Of a stretch of 47,730 nt of DNA, positions 19,415 to 30,895 are shown one piece after another. The position numbers and the translations under genes were made by a program. Within the stretch, counting starts at the first letter, position 1. Each line of letters opens with the position of its first letter. The notes under the pieces are model-generated. The model did no database searches and was not told the origin of the DNA. It saw only the letters and a list, made by a program, of their open reading frames with translations. This DNA is from Candidatus Aminicenantes bacterium (GTDB lineage Bacteria; Acidobacteriota; Aminicenantia; UBA2199): NCBI GenBank assembly GCA_022865785.1, contig JALHTJ010000205.1, positions 1-47,730 on the forward strand. Direction: 5' to 3'.

Positions 19415-19882
19415 ATGGAAGCACAGAGCCTGAAGAGCGTAATTGAAAAAGCGGTGAAAAACGAAGAAGAGGCCCGGACCTTCTACCTTGGCTTGTACGA
19501 CCTGGTGCAGGATCCCCTGGCCAGGGAGACGCTGCAATACCTGGCCGGCGAGGAGCTCGCCCACAAGGAATTCCTGCTGGCCTATCTTAAAGGCGAGAAA
19601 AAATTTGTCGCCCTGGCCATGGACGCGCCCATCGATTATCATATCGCCCAGTACGCCGACAAGCCTGACCTTGAGAAAAACATGAACAGCAGCGAGGTCT
19701 ACCTGGTGGCCGCCCACCGCGAATGGAATTCATACAATTTTTACAAGGGCCTGGCCGAGGCGCAGCCCGGCGGTGAAGTCAGGGACATGCTGCTGCAAAT
19801 GGCCAACCAGGAGCTGAAACACAAGGAAAAGGTCGAGTACCTCTATTCCAACACCGCTTTTCCGCAGACCTCCGGCGGCTGA
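19415..19882 (+). CDS. Ferritin-like / rubrerythrin-family diiron four-helix-bundle protein
   Basis: ATG at 19415 follows GGAGG (19403-19407). Two E...ExxH pairs are present (NEEEARTFY...GEELAHKEF and HREWNSYNFY...NQELKHKEK). It is a paralogue of the C-terminal part of 45323..45877. Confidence 0.7.
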   Translation: MEAQSLKSVIEKAVKNEEEARTFYLGLYDLVQDPLARETLQYLAGEELAHKEFLLAYLKGEKKFVALAMDAPIDYHIAQYADKPDLEKNMNSSEVYLVAAHREWNSYNFYKGLAEAQPGGEVRDMLLQMANQELKHKEKVEYLYSNTAFPQTSGG

Positions 19883-19986
19883 GCCTGAATAAAAAAGTAG
19901 ATGAGTAGATGGGTTAGGAAAACCGCCTAAAGTCGCTGTCAGTGCTGTTGCCCCTTCTACCCATCAACACATCAAAGAAAACACTT

Positions 19987-20268
19987 TTATTTTTTTTTAG
20001 CTATCAGGTCCTTCAACCTGATCTTCCCCCGAATCAAGTCCTCTTTGCGGGCACGCGGCATACCCTTGACCCGGCGCTCGACTTTCAGGGCGTCGCCCCG
20101 ATCGCCGATACGGATCTTGCGGACCAGGAGCAATGGGCCGCGGCCGCGTAAATAACGCGCCCCTTTGCCGCTGCGATGGTCATTCAGGCGCCGGGCCACG
20201 TCGGTGGAGACACCCGTATAGATGCTGCCGTCGCCGCAACGAACCAAATAGAGGTACCAGATTTTCAC
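19987..20268 (-). CDS. GIY-YIG nuclease superfamily protein (small UPF0213/YhbQ-like)
   Basis: VKIWYLYLVRCGDGSIYTGVSTDVARRLNDHRSGKGARYLRGRGP, which contains the GIY..YIG-type motifs. Proposed GTG start at 20268, 4 nt after the upstream stop. The ATG-less upstream extension in the track overlaps the previous gene. Confidence 0.7.
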   Translation of the reverse strand: MKIWYLYLVRCGDGSIYTGVSTDVARRLNDHRSGKGARYLRGRGPLLLVRKIRIGDRGDALKVERRVKGMPRARKEDLIRGKIRLKDLIAKKK

Positions 20269-20272
20269 GGCG

Positions 20273-20545
20273 CTAGAACTTAATGACCTCGGACAGCAGG
20301 GAGACGCTGACCACGTATTCCAGGCTGACGTAGACCGAGCGGCGGTTGGCCTTAATACCCGAGTCGCTAGAATCGAGCACATAGCGCTCCTTGGGGGTGG
20401 AGGTCTCGCCGCTGTCGTGGACGTCAACGTCGCGCAGCAGCAGGCTGTCAGCCTGAACCGACTCCAGCCGGCCGATGTAGATCCAGGGCGAGCGGGTGTC
20501 GACCACCACTTCCTTGCCCAGCAACTCTCGCAGGGTCTCCCTCAT
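20273..20545 (-). CDS. Small LSm/Sm-fold-like protein (function unknown)
   Basis: The start MRETLRELLGKEVVV at 20545 follows GGAG. The Sm1-like pattern is LLGKEVVVDTRSPWIYIGRLESVQADSLLLRDVDV, followed by RRSVYVSLEYVVSV. The fold assignment was made by eye only. Confidence 0.45.
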   Translation of the reverse strand: MRETLRELLGKEVVVDTRSPWIYIGRLESVQADSLLLRDVDVHDSGETSTPKERYVLDSSDSGIKANRRSVYVSLEYVVSVSLLSEVIKF

Positions 20546-20561
20546 GGCCGCTCCGGGGATA

Positions 20562-21080
20562 TCATTTTTCCGTGGTTTTCTCAACGGGCGCCTGCGGGAA
20601 GAACTCATCGCGCACGGCGGAGTCGAATTGCAGGACCGAGATCAGGTAACCCCAGAACAGGAGTTCGAAAACCTTCTGTACACGGTCGAAGCTCATCAGC
20701 TTTTGCCAATCGAGATCCGGGAGCCAATGGGCAGCCCATGAGCTGAGGGTACCGATCTGCGCCGAGGCCAGCAGGCTGAAAACAGCACTCAAGACCGACA
20801 GCCAGGCGACGACCAGCAGCAGCACCCGCGCCCAGTTCTTGCGCAGCAGCAGCTGGCCGAAGATGAGCCAGGCGATGATCAGGATCACGGCCGCGACCAT
20901 CAGGCTGAAAAACAGCAGAGAGCCGGAGGGTAATCCGCGCCAGCCGAACCTCCCGAAGTCACCGCTTTGAAACGGTTTCAGGACGAGCGAGGCCACAATG
21001 GCCCCGGCGACAGATTTCAAAACAAAATAGACAACAAAAATACCGCGCAGGCGGTATAACTTGATTGACGGACTGCTCAT
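20562..21080 (-). CDS. Integral membrane protein, hypothetical (about 4 TM)
   Basis: Hydrophobic segments IFVVYFVLKSVAGAIVASLVL, LLFFSLMVAAVILIIAWLIFGQLLL, VLLLVVAWLSVLSAVFSLLA and VFELLFWGYLISVL. The start overlaps the upstream stop (ATGA). Confidence 0.6.
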   Translation of the reverse strand: MSSPSIKLYRLRGIFVVYFVLKSVAGAIVASLVLKPFQSGDFGRFGWRGLPSGSLLFFSLMVAAVILIIAWLIFGQLLLRKNWARVLLLVVAWLSVLSAVFSLLASAQIGTLSSWAAHWLPDLDWQKLMSFDRVQKVFELLFWGYLISVLQFDSAVRDEFFPQAPVEKTTEK

Positions 21081-21799
21081 GACACACCTCCTAATAAAAT
21101 CCTTGGATTCTGGCGGCTGAGGATCTCGAACTTGATCGTGCCGCCGCAGAAACGTTCGACCAGGTCCATCACGTCCCTTGCTGCCGTCTCAAGATCCACT
21201 GCCGCTACCGGCGGCAGGGCGTCGAGGTTGAATTCGATGGCTGTCGTTTGCGGCAGGGTGAGGGTGTGGTTGGCCTGGCGCCAGATCCAGCGCCGGGTCA
21301 TGACCTTCTCCCCCTCGCTAAAAATGTATTCCCCGGCCAGCGGGCGTTCGATCGCTTCCGACCCGAAAGCAATGAATTCTTCCAGGCCCGAAGCCGGGAG
21401 CAGGGCGATATCGTGCTCCAGGACATCAATGGCGTGGCTGCCCACGGGCAGCAGGTGGCGCAGGGAGACGATGTTGCCGATGTCGACCAGGGCATTGATC
21501 GAAGGAAGTTCCTGGCCGCGCAGCACGCGGCGCAGCAGCGCCTCGATCGAGGGGCGGTTGTCGCCGGGCTTGAAGCCGAGCTGACGGAACGCTTCCCGCC
21601 AGGAGGCCAGGCGCGGTTCCGCGGTCAGCGTTTCTACCTGCAGCCGCTCACGGACAAGCGCCTCCTCACTGCGCAACAGCTCGACCAATTCCGGGGAGGA
21701 ATCACCGTTTTTTACCTCATGAGCCAGCACCACGCCGCGCCGGTATTCGGGAAAGCGGGCGAACACTTCGTCGGCGATTGTGTATGTCAGATCCTTCAT
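21077..21799 (-). CDS. Stand-alone B3/B4 (PheT-like tRNA-binding/editing) domain protein
   Basis: The start MKDLTY at 21799 follows GGAGG. The pattern FPEYRRGVVLAHEVKNG...WREAFRQLGFKPGDNRPSIEALLRRVLRGQELPSINALVDIGNIVSLRHLLPVGSHAID is typical of B3_4 domain proteins. Confidence 0.65.
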   Translation of the reverse strand: MKDLTYTIADEVFARFPEYRRGVVLAHEVKNGDSSPELVELLRSEEALVRERLQVETLTAEPRLASWREAFRQLGFKPGDNRPSIEALLRRVLRGQELPSINALVDIGNIVSLRHLLPVGSHAIDVLEHDIALLPASGLEEFIAFGSEAIERPLAGEYIFSEGEKVMTRRWIWRQANHTLTLPQTTAIEFNLDALPPVAAVDLETAARDVMDLVERFCGGTIKFEILSRQNPRILLGGVS

Positions 21800-21873
21800 C
21801 ACGGCCTCCATATCGAATTGTTCATAGTATGCAAAATAAAAAGCAATAATTCAATTAAGAAAAGATCCATCCC

Positions 21874-23061
21874 CTACCCTTCCTGCCAGTGCCTCAGCAT
21901 CAAGGCCAGCAGTGGCACTCCGGCCAGGAGGAAAAATCCGCCCAGGGCGACAAAGGCTACGGACAGGGAAAAGGCGTCGACCAGGCGCCCGAACAGCGGC
22001 GAGATGATCACGAAAGTCACGCTGCCGACCATGGCAGCAACCGAAAGCACCGTGGCCCGGACATCGGAACCCACGGCATGGTTCAGTCGCTCCATCAGCA
22101 CCGGGTAGGCCAGGTTCCACAAAAAAGCGTTGGCCGGGACCAGGAACAGCAGCAAGGGACTGGGAAAAAGGCCCAGGCCAATGAAGAAAAACGGACTGAG
22201 CAAAGCCAGGAACAACGGCAGTTTCGTGCCGAAGCGCTCACAGAAACGGTGGGAGCGGGAACCGCCCCAAGCGCCGGCCAGCTGGAAGACGGCGAACAGG
22301 ATGCCGAACCACGCCACCCCGATGCCCAGCTCCCGGTAATGGAGAAAGTAGGCCCACACCCCGGCAAGCTGGCATGCCATGAGCAGGCCCGAAAACAGGA
22401 CCAGCGGCCGGAGTTGGGCCTGGCTCAGGCAGAAGCGGCAGATGCGCAGGATATCGCGAAGGGGATTTTTTCCGGGGCATTTTTCGCGCTCGGGCTCAAC
22501 CAGGGCCAGGGCCAGGGGTAGCATGAACAAGGTGGAGACGATGTTGATTACGAACGGCAGGCGCAGGAAAAATAAGGCGAGCAGCCCGCCGGCCACCGAC
22601 GACAGCGCCGTGCCCGTGCGCGTGAACAGGATGGCCCGGCCTTCAATGTGCTTGTATTCGCCCTGGCGCCCGATCTGGCCCAGGCTGTCGTAGATCAAGG
22701 CCGAATCGCAGCCCGAGCGCATGCTGATGCTTACGGCCAAAGTCAGTTCGGCCAGGACAAAAACGGGAAAGCTGCGGCCAATGGTGTAGACGGCCAGGCC
22801 CAGTGGCATGAAAATCCCTGCCACGATCAGCGTTTTCCGGCGGCCGATGACATCGGCCAGGTAGCCGGAAGGTACTTCGAGCAGCAGGACCGACAGATGG
22901 AAAGCGGCCTGGATCGTGAAGATCTGGGTGGAATTCAGGCCGTTGGCCGTGTAATACAGGATCAGTACCGGAGCGATCAGGTAAAATTCGCCCAGGAACT
23001 TGAAAGCGTACATTTTCCGGAAATTGCTGCTTATGCGTGTGACTGTGCCGGGCGCGTTCAT
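21874..23061 (-). CDS. MFS transporter
   Basis: 395 aa, about 12 hydrophobic segments, MFS-type loop GYLADVIGRRKTL. Confidence 0.8.
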   Translation of the reverse strand: MNAPGTVTRISSNFRKMYAFKFLGEFYLIAPVLILYYTANGLNSTQIFTIQAAFHLSVLLLEVPSGYLADVIGRRKTLIVAGIFMPLGLAVYTIGRSFPVFVLAELTLAVSISMRSGCDSALIYDSLGQIGRQGEYKHIEGRAILFTRTGTALSSVAGGLLALFFLRLPFVINIVSTLFMLPLALALVEPEREKCPGKNPLRDILRICRFCLSQAQLRPLVLFSGLLMACQLAGVWAYFLHYRELGIGVAWFGILFAVFQLAGAWGGSRSHRFCERFGTKLPLFLALLSPFFFIGLGLFPSPLLLFLVPANAFLWNLAYPVLMERLNHAVGSDVRATVLSVAAMVGSVTFVIISPLFGRLVDAFSLSVAFVALGGFFLLAGVPLLALMLRHWQEG

Positions 23062-23080
23062 TTCTGTTTCTTGGTTAAGG

Positions 23081-23100
23081 GGGTTTGATGAATCAAACCC
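23081..23100 (-). terminator. Hairpin between eno and the MFS gene (8-bp stem, no U-tract); a weak terminator or processing candidate
   Basis: GGGTTTGA-tgaa-TCAAACCC at 23081-23100. Confidence 0.3.
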
Positions 23101-23107
23101 TTAGGCT

Positions 23108-24500
<1,393 letters not shown>

Positions 24501-24530
24501 AGCAATCATTAAAAAAAGCCCTGCCGGCTA

Positions 24531-24558
24531 TTGATATTTCAAAAAATTGTCCTATAAT
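24531..24558 (+). promoter_or_regulatory. Near-consensus sigma70-type promoter of the protease/OMP cassette
   Basis: TTGATA (24531-24536), 16 nt, TATAAT (24553-24558), followed by GGAGGA and ATG 24612. Confidence 0.55.
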
Positions 24559-24611
24559 GCCATCTTGCAAAGATAATTTTATTAATCTGTCAATTTTTGT
24601 GGAGGAAACAA

Positions 24612-26201
24612 ATGAAAAAACAATTGCTGTTAATGACATGGGTGTTTTTGGCGGCGGCTGCCTTACCGTCAGCCGATGTGGGTCCATCTCTATTGTACTG
24701 GGATAACACGCTGCAATCTCAGAAAGTATCCTCCGCACAAAGCCTGGCGGAGTTGCGGACTTTTTTTGACGCGGAAATGGGCAAAGGCAATCTGGTGCTG
24801 GACCTGGTGCAGGTCGACACTATCGCCAAAATGGAACATCGTCGTTATAACCAATTTTACAGGGGTATCCCGGTTTTTGGCGGACAGTTGGTATTTCATG
24901 AAAAGAGCGGTCGATTAACTGGATTGAATGGCGAGTACTACTCCATTAATGCAGTTGCTACCCAACCGAAGCTGAACAGTCCGGAAGCAGAAAAGATATT
25001 CATGCAGTTTCTTGCCTGGCAAGATACATTGGAGTTGAGCGAACCGAGCGTGCTTTACATCTATCCCGTTTCCGATGATGAGTACCGTCTGGCTTATCGC
25101 GTCACGGTGAGCCAGGAGCTGGGATTTTCCCAAACCGGGCTGATTGATGCCTTCGATGGCACGGTTTTACTTTCTTTTTCAAATATCAAAGACGCGCAAG
25201 CGGTCATTGGCATCGGAACCGGATATCATAATGATCAAATGAAACTGGTGCTTTCCCAGGATAATATCGGTTACTGGATGGCCACAGATGACACAAGTAT
25301 CCGGCCGGTCAAGCAGCTCACGCTGGATTACAATCATAGCATTTACAACAATCAGTCCGAGGTACCATCGAGCTCGAACGGCGTTTTTGCCAAGGATACC
25401 AACGTCAATGTGCATACCTACCTGGGCTGGGTATACGATTACTATTATCTGATGCATGGCCGTCACGGCATTGATAATCATAATTTGAAAATTGTCGCCT
25501 ATAACCATATTTTTAGTTCCAGCTTGCATGATAATGCCTATTGGGATGGTACCAATAAATACATGGTATTCATGGATCCATTGAATACGCAGTGGCAAAT
25601 CGGCGCCGGGCTGGATGTGGTCGGGCATGAACTCACCCATGGGGTTACCGATTACACGTCCAAGCTGATATATCAATTCCAATCCGGGGCATTGAACGAA
25701 GCGTTTTCGGATATTATGGGAACGATCATCGAATTTCATTTTCAACCGGCCGGGGCCGGTTTTAACAAGGCCGATTGGGTTGTGGGCGAGGATATCTACC
25801 CGACCTATAGCAGCACAAACTACATGCGCAGTCTTGCCAATCCCAATGCCAAAACCACGAGTTATGGGCCCTATCCCTGCCATTTGAGTCAGTATATCAA
25901 TCTTCCCGGAAGCAATGACTACGGAGGAGTGCACTACAACTGCACCATTTTCGGGCATGCCTTTTATTTGCTGGCCAATGGCGGCACCAACCCCATATCC
26001 CATCGTGCCGTCACCAGCATCGGCATTGCCAAAGCAGCCCAGATTTACTACCGGGCCTTTACCCACTATCTGACTTCAACCGCCAGTTTTGTCCAAGCCG
26101 CCAACGCACTGCTCCAGTCAGCAAAAGATTTATATGGGGCGAGCAGCGCCGAATACGGACAGGTTTTGCAGTCGCTGTTGGCTGTCGGCTTTACCGCCTA
26201 A
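24612..26201 (+). CDS. Secreted thermolysin-like M4 zinc metallopeptidase
   Basis: Signal peptide MKKQLLLMTWVFLAAAALPSA. Zinc site VVGHELTHGV (HExxH) plus GALNEAFSDIMG (the third ligand Glu). An N-terminal propeptide-like region is present. Confidence 0.9.
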   Translation: MKKQLLLMTWVFLAAAALPSADVGPSLLYWDNTLQSQKVSSAQSLAELRTFFDAEMGKGNLVLDLVQVDTIAKMEHRRYNQFYRGIPVFGGQLVFHEKSGRLTGLNGEYYSINAVATQPKLNSPEAEKIFMQFLAWQDTLELSEPSVLYIYPVSDDEYRLAYRVTVSQELGFSQTGLIDAFDGTVLLSFSNIKDAQAVIGIGTGYHNDQMKLVLSQDNIGYWMATDDTSIRPVKQLTLDYNHSIYNNQSEVPSSSNGVFAKDTNVNVHTYLGWVYDYYYLMHGRHGIDNHNLKIVAYNHIFSSSLHDNAYWDGTNKYMVFMDPLNTQWQIGAGLDVVGHELTHGVTDYTSKLIYQFQSGALNEAFSDIMGTIIEFHFQPAGAGFNKADWVVGEDIYPTYSSTNYMRSLANPNAKTTSYGPYPCHLSQYINLPGSNDYGGVHYNCTIFGHAFYLLANGGTNPISHRAVTSIGIAKAAQIYYRAFTHYLTSTASFVQAANALLQSAKDLYGASSAEYGQVLQSLLAVGFTA

Positions 26202-26211
26202 GGAGCATATC

Positions 26212-27610
<1,399 letters not shown>

Positions 27611-27697
27611 GCAGCAAAGAAACTGCAAACTCCAGAAATAAAAAAAGACCGGCAATTTCATCTGGCCCGCTTCATTTTATTCTTTGATTTTTATTCA

Positions 27698-28837
27698 TTA
27701 TTCCAATTTCTTGCTGAACCTTAACGAACTTAGAATCAAGAGAGTGATGCCCATGGCAAAAAGCATTAAAGTCTCAAACCAAAGGGATGAAAAACCGATT
27801 CCCTTCAGCACAATGCCGCGCAGGATAATAATGTAATATTTCAAAGGTATTAAATAGGTCACATATTGAACGATCCGCGGCATGTTCTCTATCGGGAAAG
27901 CAAAGCCGGAAAGATAAATCATGGGCATCATTACCGCGAACACAGAGGCCATCATTGCCTGTTGTTGGGTTTTGGATACTGTTGAAATAAATAAACCGAT
28001 ACCTAAATTCGACAGAACAAAAAGCAATGAGGCGAAAAGAAGAAACGGTATGCTGCCACGCACGACGATGCCGAACCACTGGGTCATTACCACCATTACA
28101 ATCAATAGAACAGCAAAACCTATAAGGGTAAAAGGAATTAATTTGCCAAGTATAAGTTGATAATTTTTTATCGGCGTAACGATCAATTGCTCAAGCGTGC
28201 CGATCTCGCGTTCTTTTACAACCGCCATTGACATCAAGGAGATCGTTGAGATCATCAGCAGCAGGCCTAAAATTCCCGGCAGCATGTAATTGCGTGTCTT
28301 CATTTCCGGATTGTACCAAACGCGGACTTCAGGGATCAATGAACCGCTCACAGCGATTTTCATTCCCAGTTTGTCCTTTATATCCATGGTAATGCTCTTT
28401 GAAAAATCGGTCGTAATTCCCTGGATGTAGCCGAGCGCAATTGATGCCTTATTACCGTCAGATCCTTCAAATAGAGTTTGCAGCGGGGTCGTTTCGCGTC
28501 TGTTTATTCTCTTTTCGAAATCCTTGGGAATCACTATGGCCACTAGAGTTTTTCCCATATTTAAAAGCTCGGTTACCTCTTCATAATCGTTAACATAGTA
28601 ATCTATTTTGAAATATCCCGATTGTTCGAACCGATTGCTAAAAACCCGGCTTGTTGAAGTTTTATCCTGATCATAAATAGTCGTATGAATAACATTAACA
28701 TCCATATTGGCGGCGTAGCCAAGAAATATCAGCTGCAGGATGGGAGCGATAAAAATCACTACGCGCATTTTCTTATCACGTTTTACCTGCAATAGCTCTT
28801 TTATAATGAATTGATAAATCGTTTTCATGGCTCTCAC
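27698..28837 (-). CDS. ABC-2-type transporter permease (YbhR/YbhS-like)
   Basis: 379 aa, with an N-terminal TM, a large periplasmic loop and a C-terminal 5-TM bundle. It is a paralogue of the upstream gene, with a 4-nt overlap. Confidence 0.85.
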   Translation of the reverse strand: MRAMKTIYQFIIKELLQVKRDKKMRVVIFIAPILQLIFLGYAANMDVNVIHTTIYDQDKTSTSRVFSNRFEQSGYFKIDYYVNDYEEVTELLNMGKTLVAIVIPKDFEKRINRRETTPLQTLFEGSDGNKASIALGYIQGITTDFSKSITMDIKDKLGMKIAVSGSLIPEVRVWYNPEMKTRNYMLPGILGLLLMISTISLMSMAVVKEREIGTLEQLIVTPIKNYQLILGKLIPFTLIGFAVLLIVMVVMTQWFGIVVRGSIPFLLFASLLFVLSNLGIGLFISTVSKTQQQAMMASVFAVMMPMIYLSGFAFPIENMPRIVQYVTYLIPLKYYIIILRGIVLKGIGFSSLWFETLMLFAMGITLLILSSLRFSKKLE

Positions 28838-29964
28838 TTATTTTTTGATTTTTTATCCGCTAAAATTGCCAGCATTGTGAAAATCACTCCAAATATTGCC
28901 AGATAGATTAATTGTTCCCAGAAAGCGGAAATTCCCGCGCCTCTCAGTAGAATTGCCCTGAGAATAACGATATAAAATTTTGCCGGAGTCACATTGGTCA
29001 GCAGCTGAATCGCACTCGGCATGCTTTCTATCGGGAAAATAAATCCGGATAAAATAAATGACGGCAGCAATGACGCTACGATCGCCGCTTGAAAGGCAAC
29101 TTGCTGCGAATCAGCTATTGTTGAGATAAATACTCCCAGGCTCAAGGCGGCAAATAAAAATACGAATGTTCCCAGCAGCAGTAAAAACAAATCCCCTTTA
29201 ATAGCTATGCCAAAGAGAACATAACCGGCAAGCAAGACAATAGTGGCATTGATAAGTGATATTACGATGTAGGGGATTGTTTTGCCCAGGATAAATTCAA
29301 GTGAAGATAACGGCGAAACATTGAGCTGTTCAATTGTGCCCCGTTCCTTTTCTCGCACAATGGAAAGCGAGATTGAAATAACCGCAGTAATGATCAAGAT
29401 CATTGCCATCAGACCGGGAATAAGAAAACGTATTGACTGCAAATCAGGGTTGAACCAAAAGCGCGGCTGCAGATCGATCGGCATATACATTTTTTTACCG
29501 GTTGCCAGCAAATATTCCTTTGTGAACTGCAGCGAATAGCTGTAGGTGGCGGCATTAACATATTGACGAATAATGTTCGCCGAAGTTCCATCCACGCCAT
29601 CAATTAAAAACTGAACTTTTACTTCCTGCTTGGACAATAATTTTCTGGACATGTCCTTGGGAAAAACAACCACAACCTGGGCAATTTTTTTGTCCAATAT
29701 TCTTTTTATCTGATCGTCATTGTCTATGTAAGTGACAAGGTCGAAATACTCCGAACTGATCAATCCGCCTATAAAATCCCTGGTGTATTCCGACCTGTCC
29801 TGATCATATACCGCGATTTTTATGTGATGCACATCGAAGTTGATCGCATAGCCGAAAATCGCCAGAAGCACAACCGGGAAGCAAAACACTATGAACAGCA
29901 TCCTTGTATCCCGCCTGAGCTGGCGTGATTCTTTTTTTGAAATTGCCAGGATTCTATTGAACAT
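28834..29964 (-). CDS. ABC-2-type transporter permease (YbhS/YbhR-like)
   Basis: 376 aa with the same architecture. It overlaps the upstream ATPase gene by 11 nt. Confidence 0.85.
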   Translation of the reverse strand: MFNRILAISKKESRQLRRDTRMLFIVFCFPVVLLAIFGYAINFDVHHIKIAVYDQDRSEYTRDFIGGLISSEYFDLVTYIDNDDQIKRILDKKIAQVVVVFPKDMSRKLLSKQEVKVQFLIDGVDGTSANIIRQYVNAATYSYSLQFTKEYLLATGKKMYMPIDLQPRFWFNPDLQSIRFLIPGLMAMILIITAVISISLSIVREKERGTIEQLNVSPLSSLEFILGKTIPYIVISLINATIVLLAGYVLFGIAIKGDLFLLLLGTFVFLFAALSLGVFISTIADSQQVAFQAAIVASLLPSFILSGFIFPIESMPSAIQLLTNVTPAKFYIVILRAILLRGAGISAFWEQLIYLAIFGVIFTMLAILADKKSKNK

Positions 29965-30895
29965 TTATCCTGTTGTCCTTTTCAATTAAATGAATGAATA
30001 CATCTTCAAGCGTTGGAGTTATTCTTTCCACACGCTTTACGGATATTCCGTTTTTGTCTCTCAACAGCTCATATATGTGCTTTTCATTGATCGTGCTGTC
30101 GTTCAGAATAACGTGTATATAGTTTCCGAAGATTGATGTCTCGCCAACCCATTTTTCTTTCTCCAGGATTTCCAAACTGTCAATTACCCGGTCACTTTCT
30201 ATTTCAAGTATGGGGTTCTTGATGTATTCTGTTTTGAGTTCTTCAGAATTTCCCTGGGCAATCAGCCGGCCGGAATTGATTAAAATAATATCATTGCAAA
30301 ATTCTGCTTCATCCAGGTAGTGGGTTGTAACCAGAACCGTGGTTCCGCCTCCGGAAAGGTCGTTGATCAAATCCCAAAAATTTCGGCGCGAGATCGGGTC
30401 GACTCCGCTTGTCGGTTCGTCAAGGAACACAATCTTGGGTTCATGAATAACCGCAGTGCCCAAAGCCAAGCGTTGCTTGATTCCTCCCGGCAAAGAACCG
30501 GTTATGACATTTTCCATGTTCTCAAGATTGGCCACTTTCAACACCCATTTTTTTCTTTCTTCATATTTCTTCCCGTCTAACCCGTAGATTCCGGCAAAGA
30601 ATCTGATGTTTTCGGCAACGGTCAAATCGTTATAAAGAGAGAATTTTTGCGACATGTAGCCAATATTTTTTTTCACCATGTTCGGTTCGTTCTTAATACT
30701 GTAACCGCCAACAAACGCATCGCCGGATGTCGGTTCCAATATCCCGATCAGCATTTTTATTGTAGTGGATTTGCCGGCTCCGTTAGCGCCCAGGAAACCA
30801 AATATCTCGCCGGTCCTGACATTGAATGAAATTTGATCTACCGCGGTAAATTTTCCAAAGCTCTTGGTCAGATGACTTACTTCTATGGCATCCAT
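29954..30895 (-). CDS. ABC transporter ATP-binding protein (single NBD)
   Basis: Walker A GANGAGKSTT, signature LPGGIKQRLAL, Walker B IVFLDEPTSGVD. Confidence 0.9.
   Translation of the reverse strand: MDAIEVSHLTKSFGKFTAVDQISFNVRTGEIFGFLGANGAGKSTTIKMLIGILEPTSGDAFVGGYSIKNEPNMVKKNIGYMSQKFSLYNDLTVAENIRFFAGIYGLDGKKYEERKKWVLKVANLENMENVITGSLPGGIKQRLALGTAVIHEPKIVFLDEPTSGVDPISRRNFWDLINDLSGGGTTVLVTTHYLDEAEFCNDIILINSGRLIAQGNSEELKTEYIKNPILEIESDRVIDSLEILEKEKWVGETSIFGNYIHVILNDSTINEKHIYELLRDKNGISVKRVERITPTLEDVFIHLIEKDNRINVQ

Noticed and set aside
19987-20427. The 146-aa version of the GIY-YIG ORF, and the idea that the GIY-YIG gene marks a homing endonuclease or defence nuclease
   Set aside because: The upstream 53 codons overlap the LSm-like gene in another frame and are Pro/Ala/Ser-rich. 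The conserved part is a ~93-aa UPF0213-type protein with no DNA-binding or intron/intein context.
26089-26211. N-terminal extension of the SH3/OMP ORF overlapping the protease gene
   Set aside because: ATG 26212 is preceded by AGGAG and yields a canonical signal peptide. The extension overlaps the 3' end of the protease gene.
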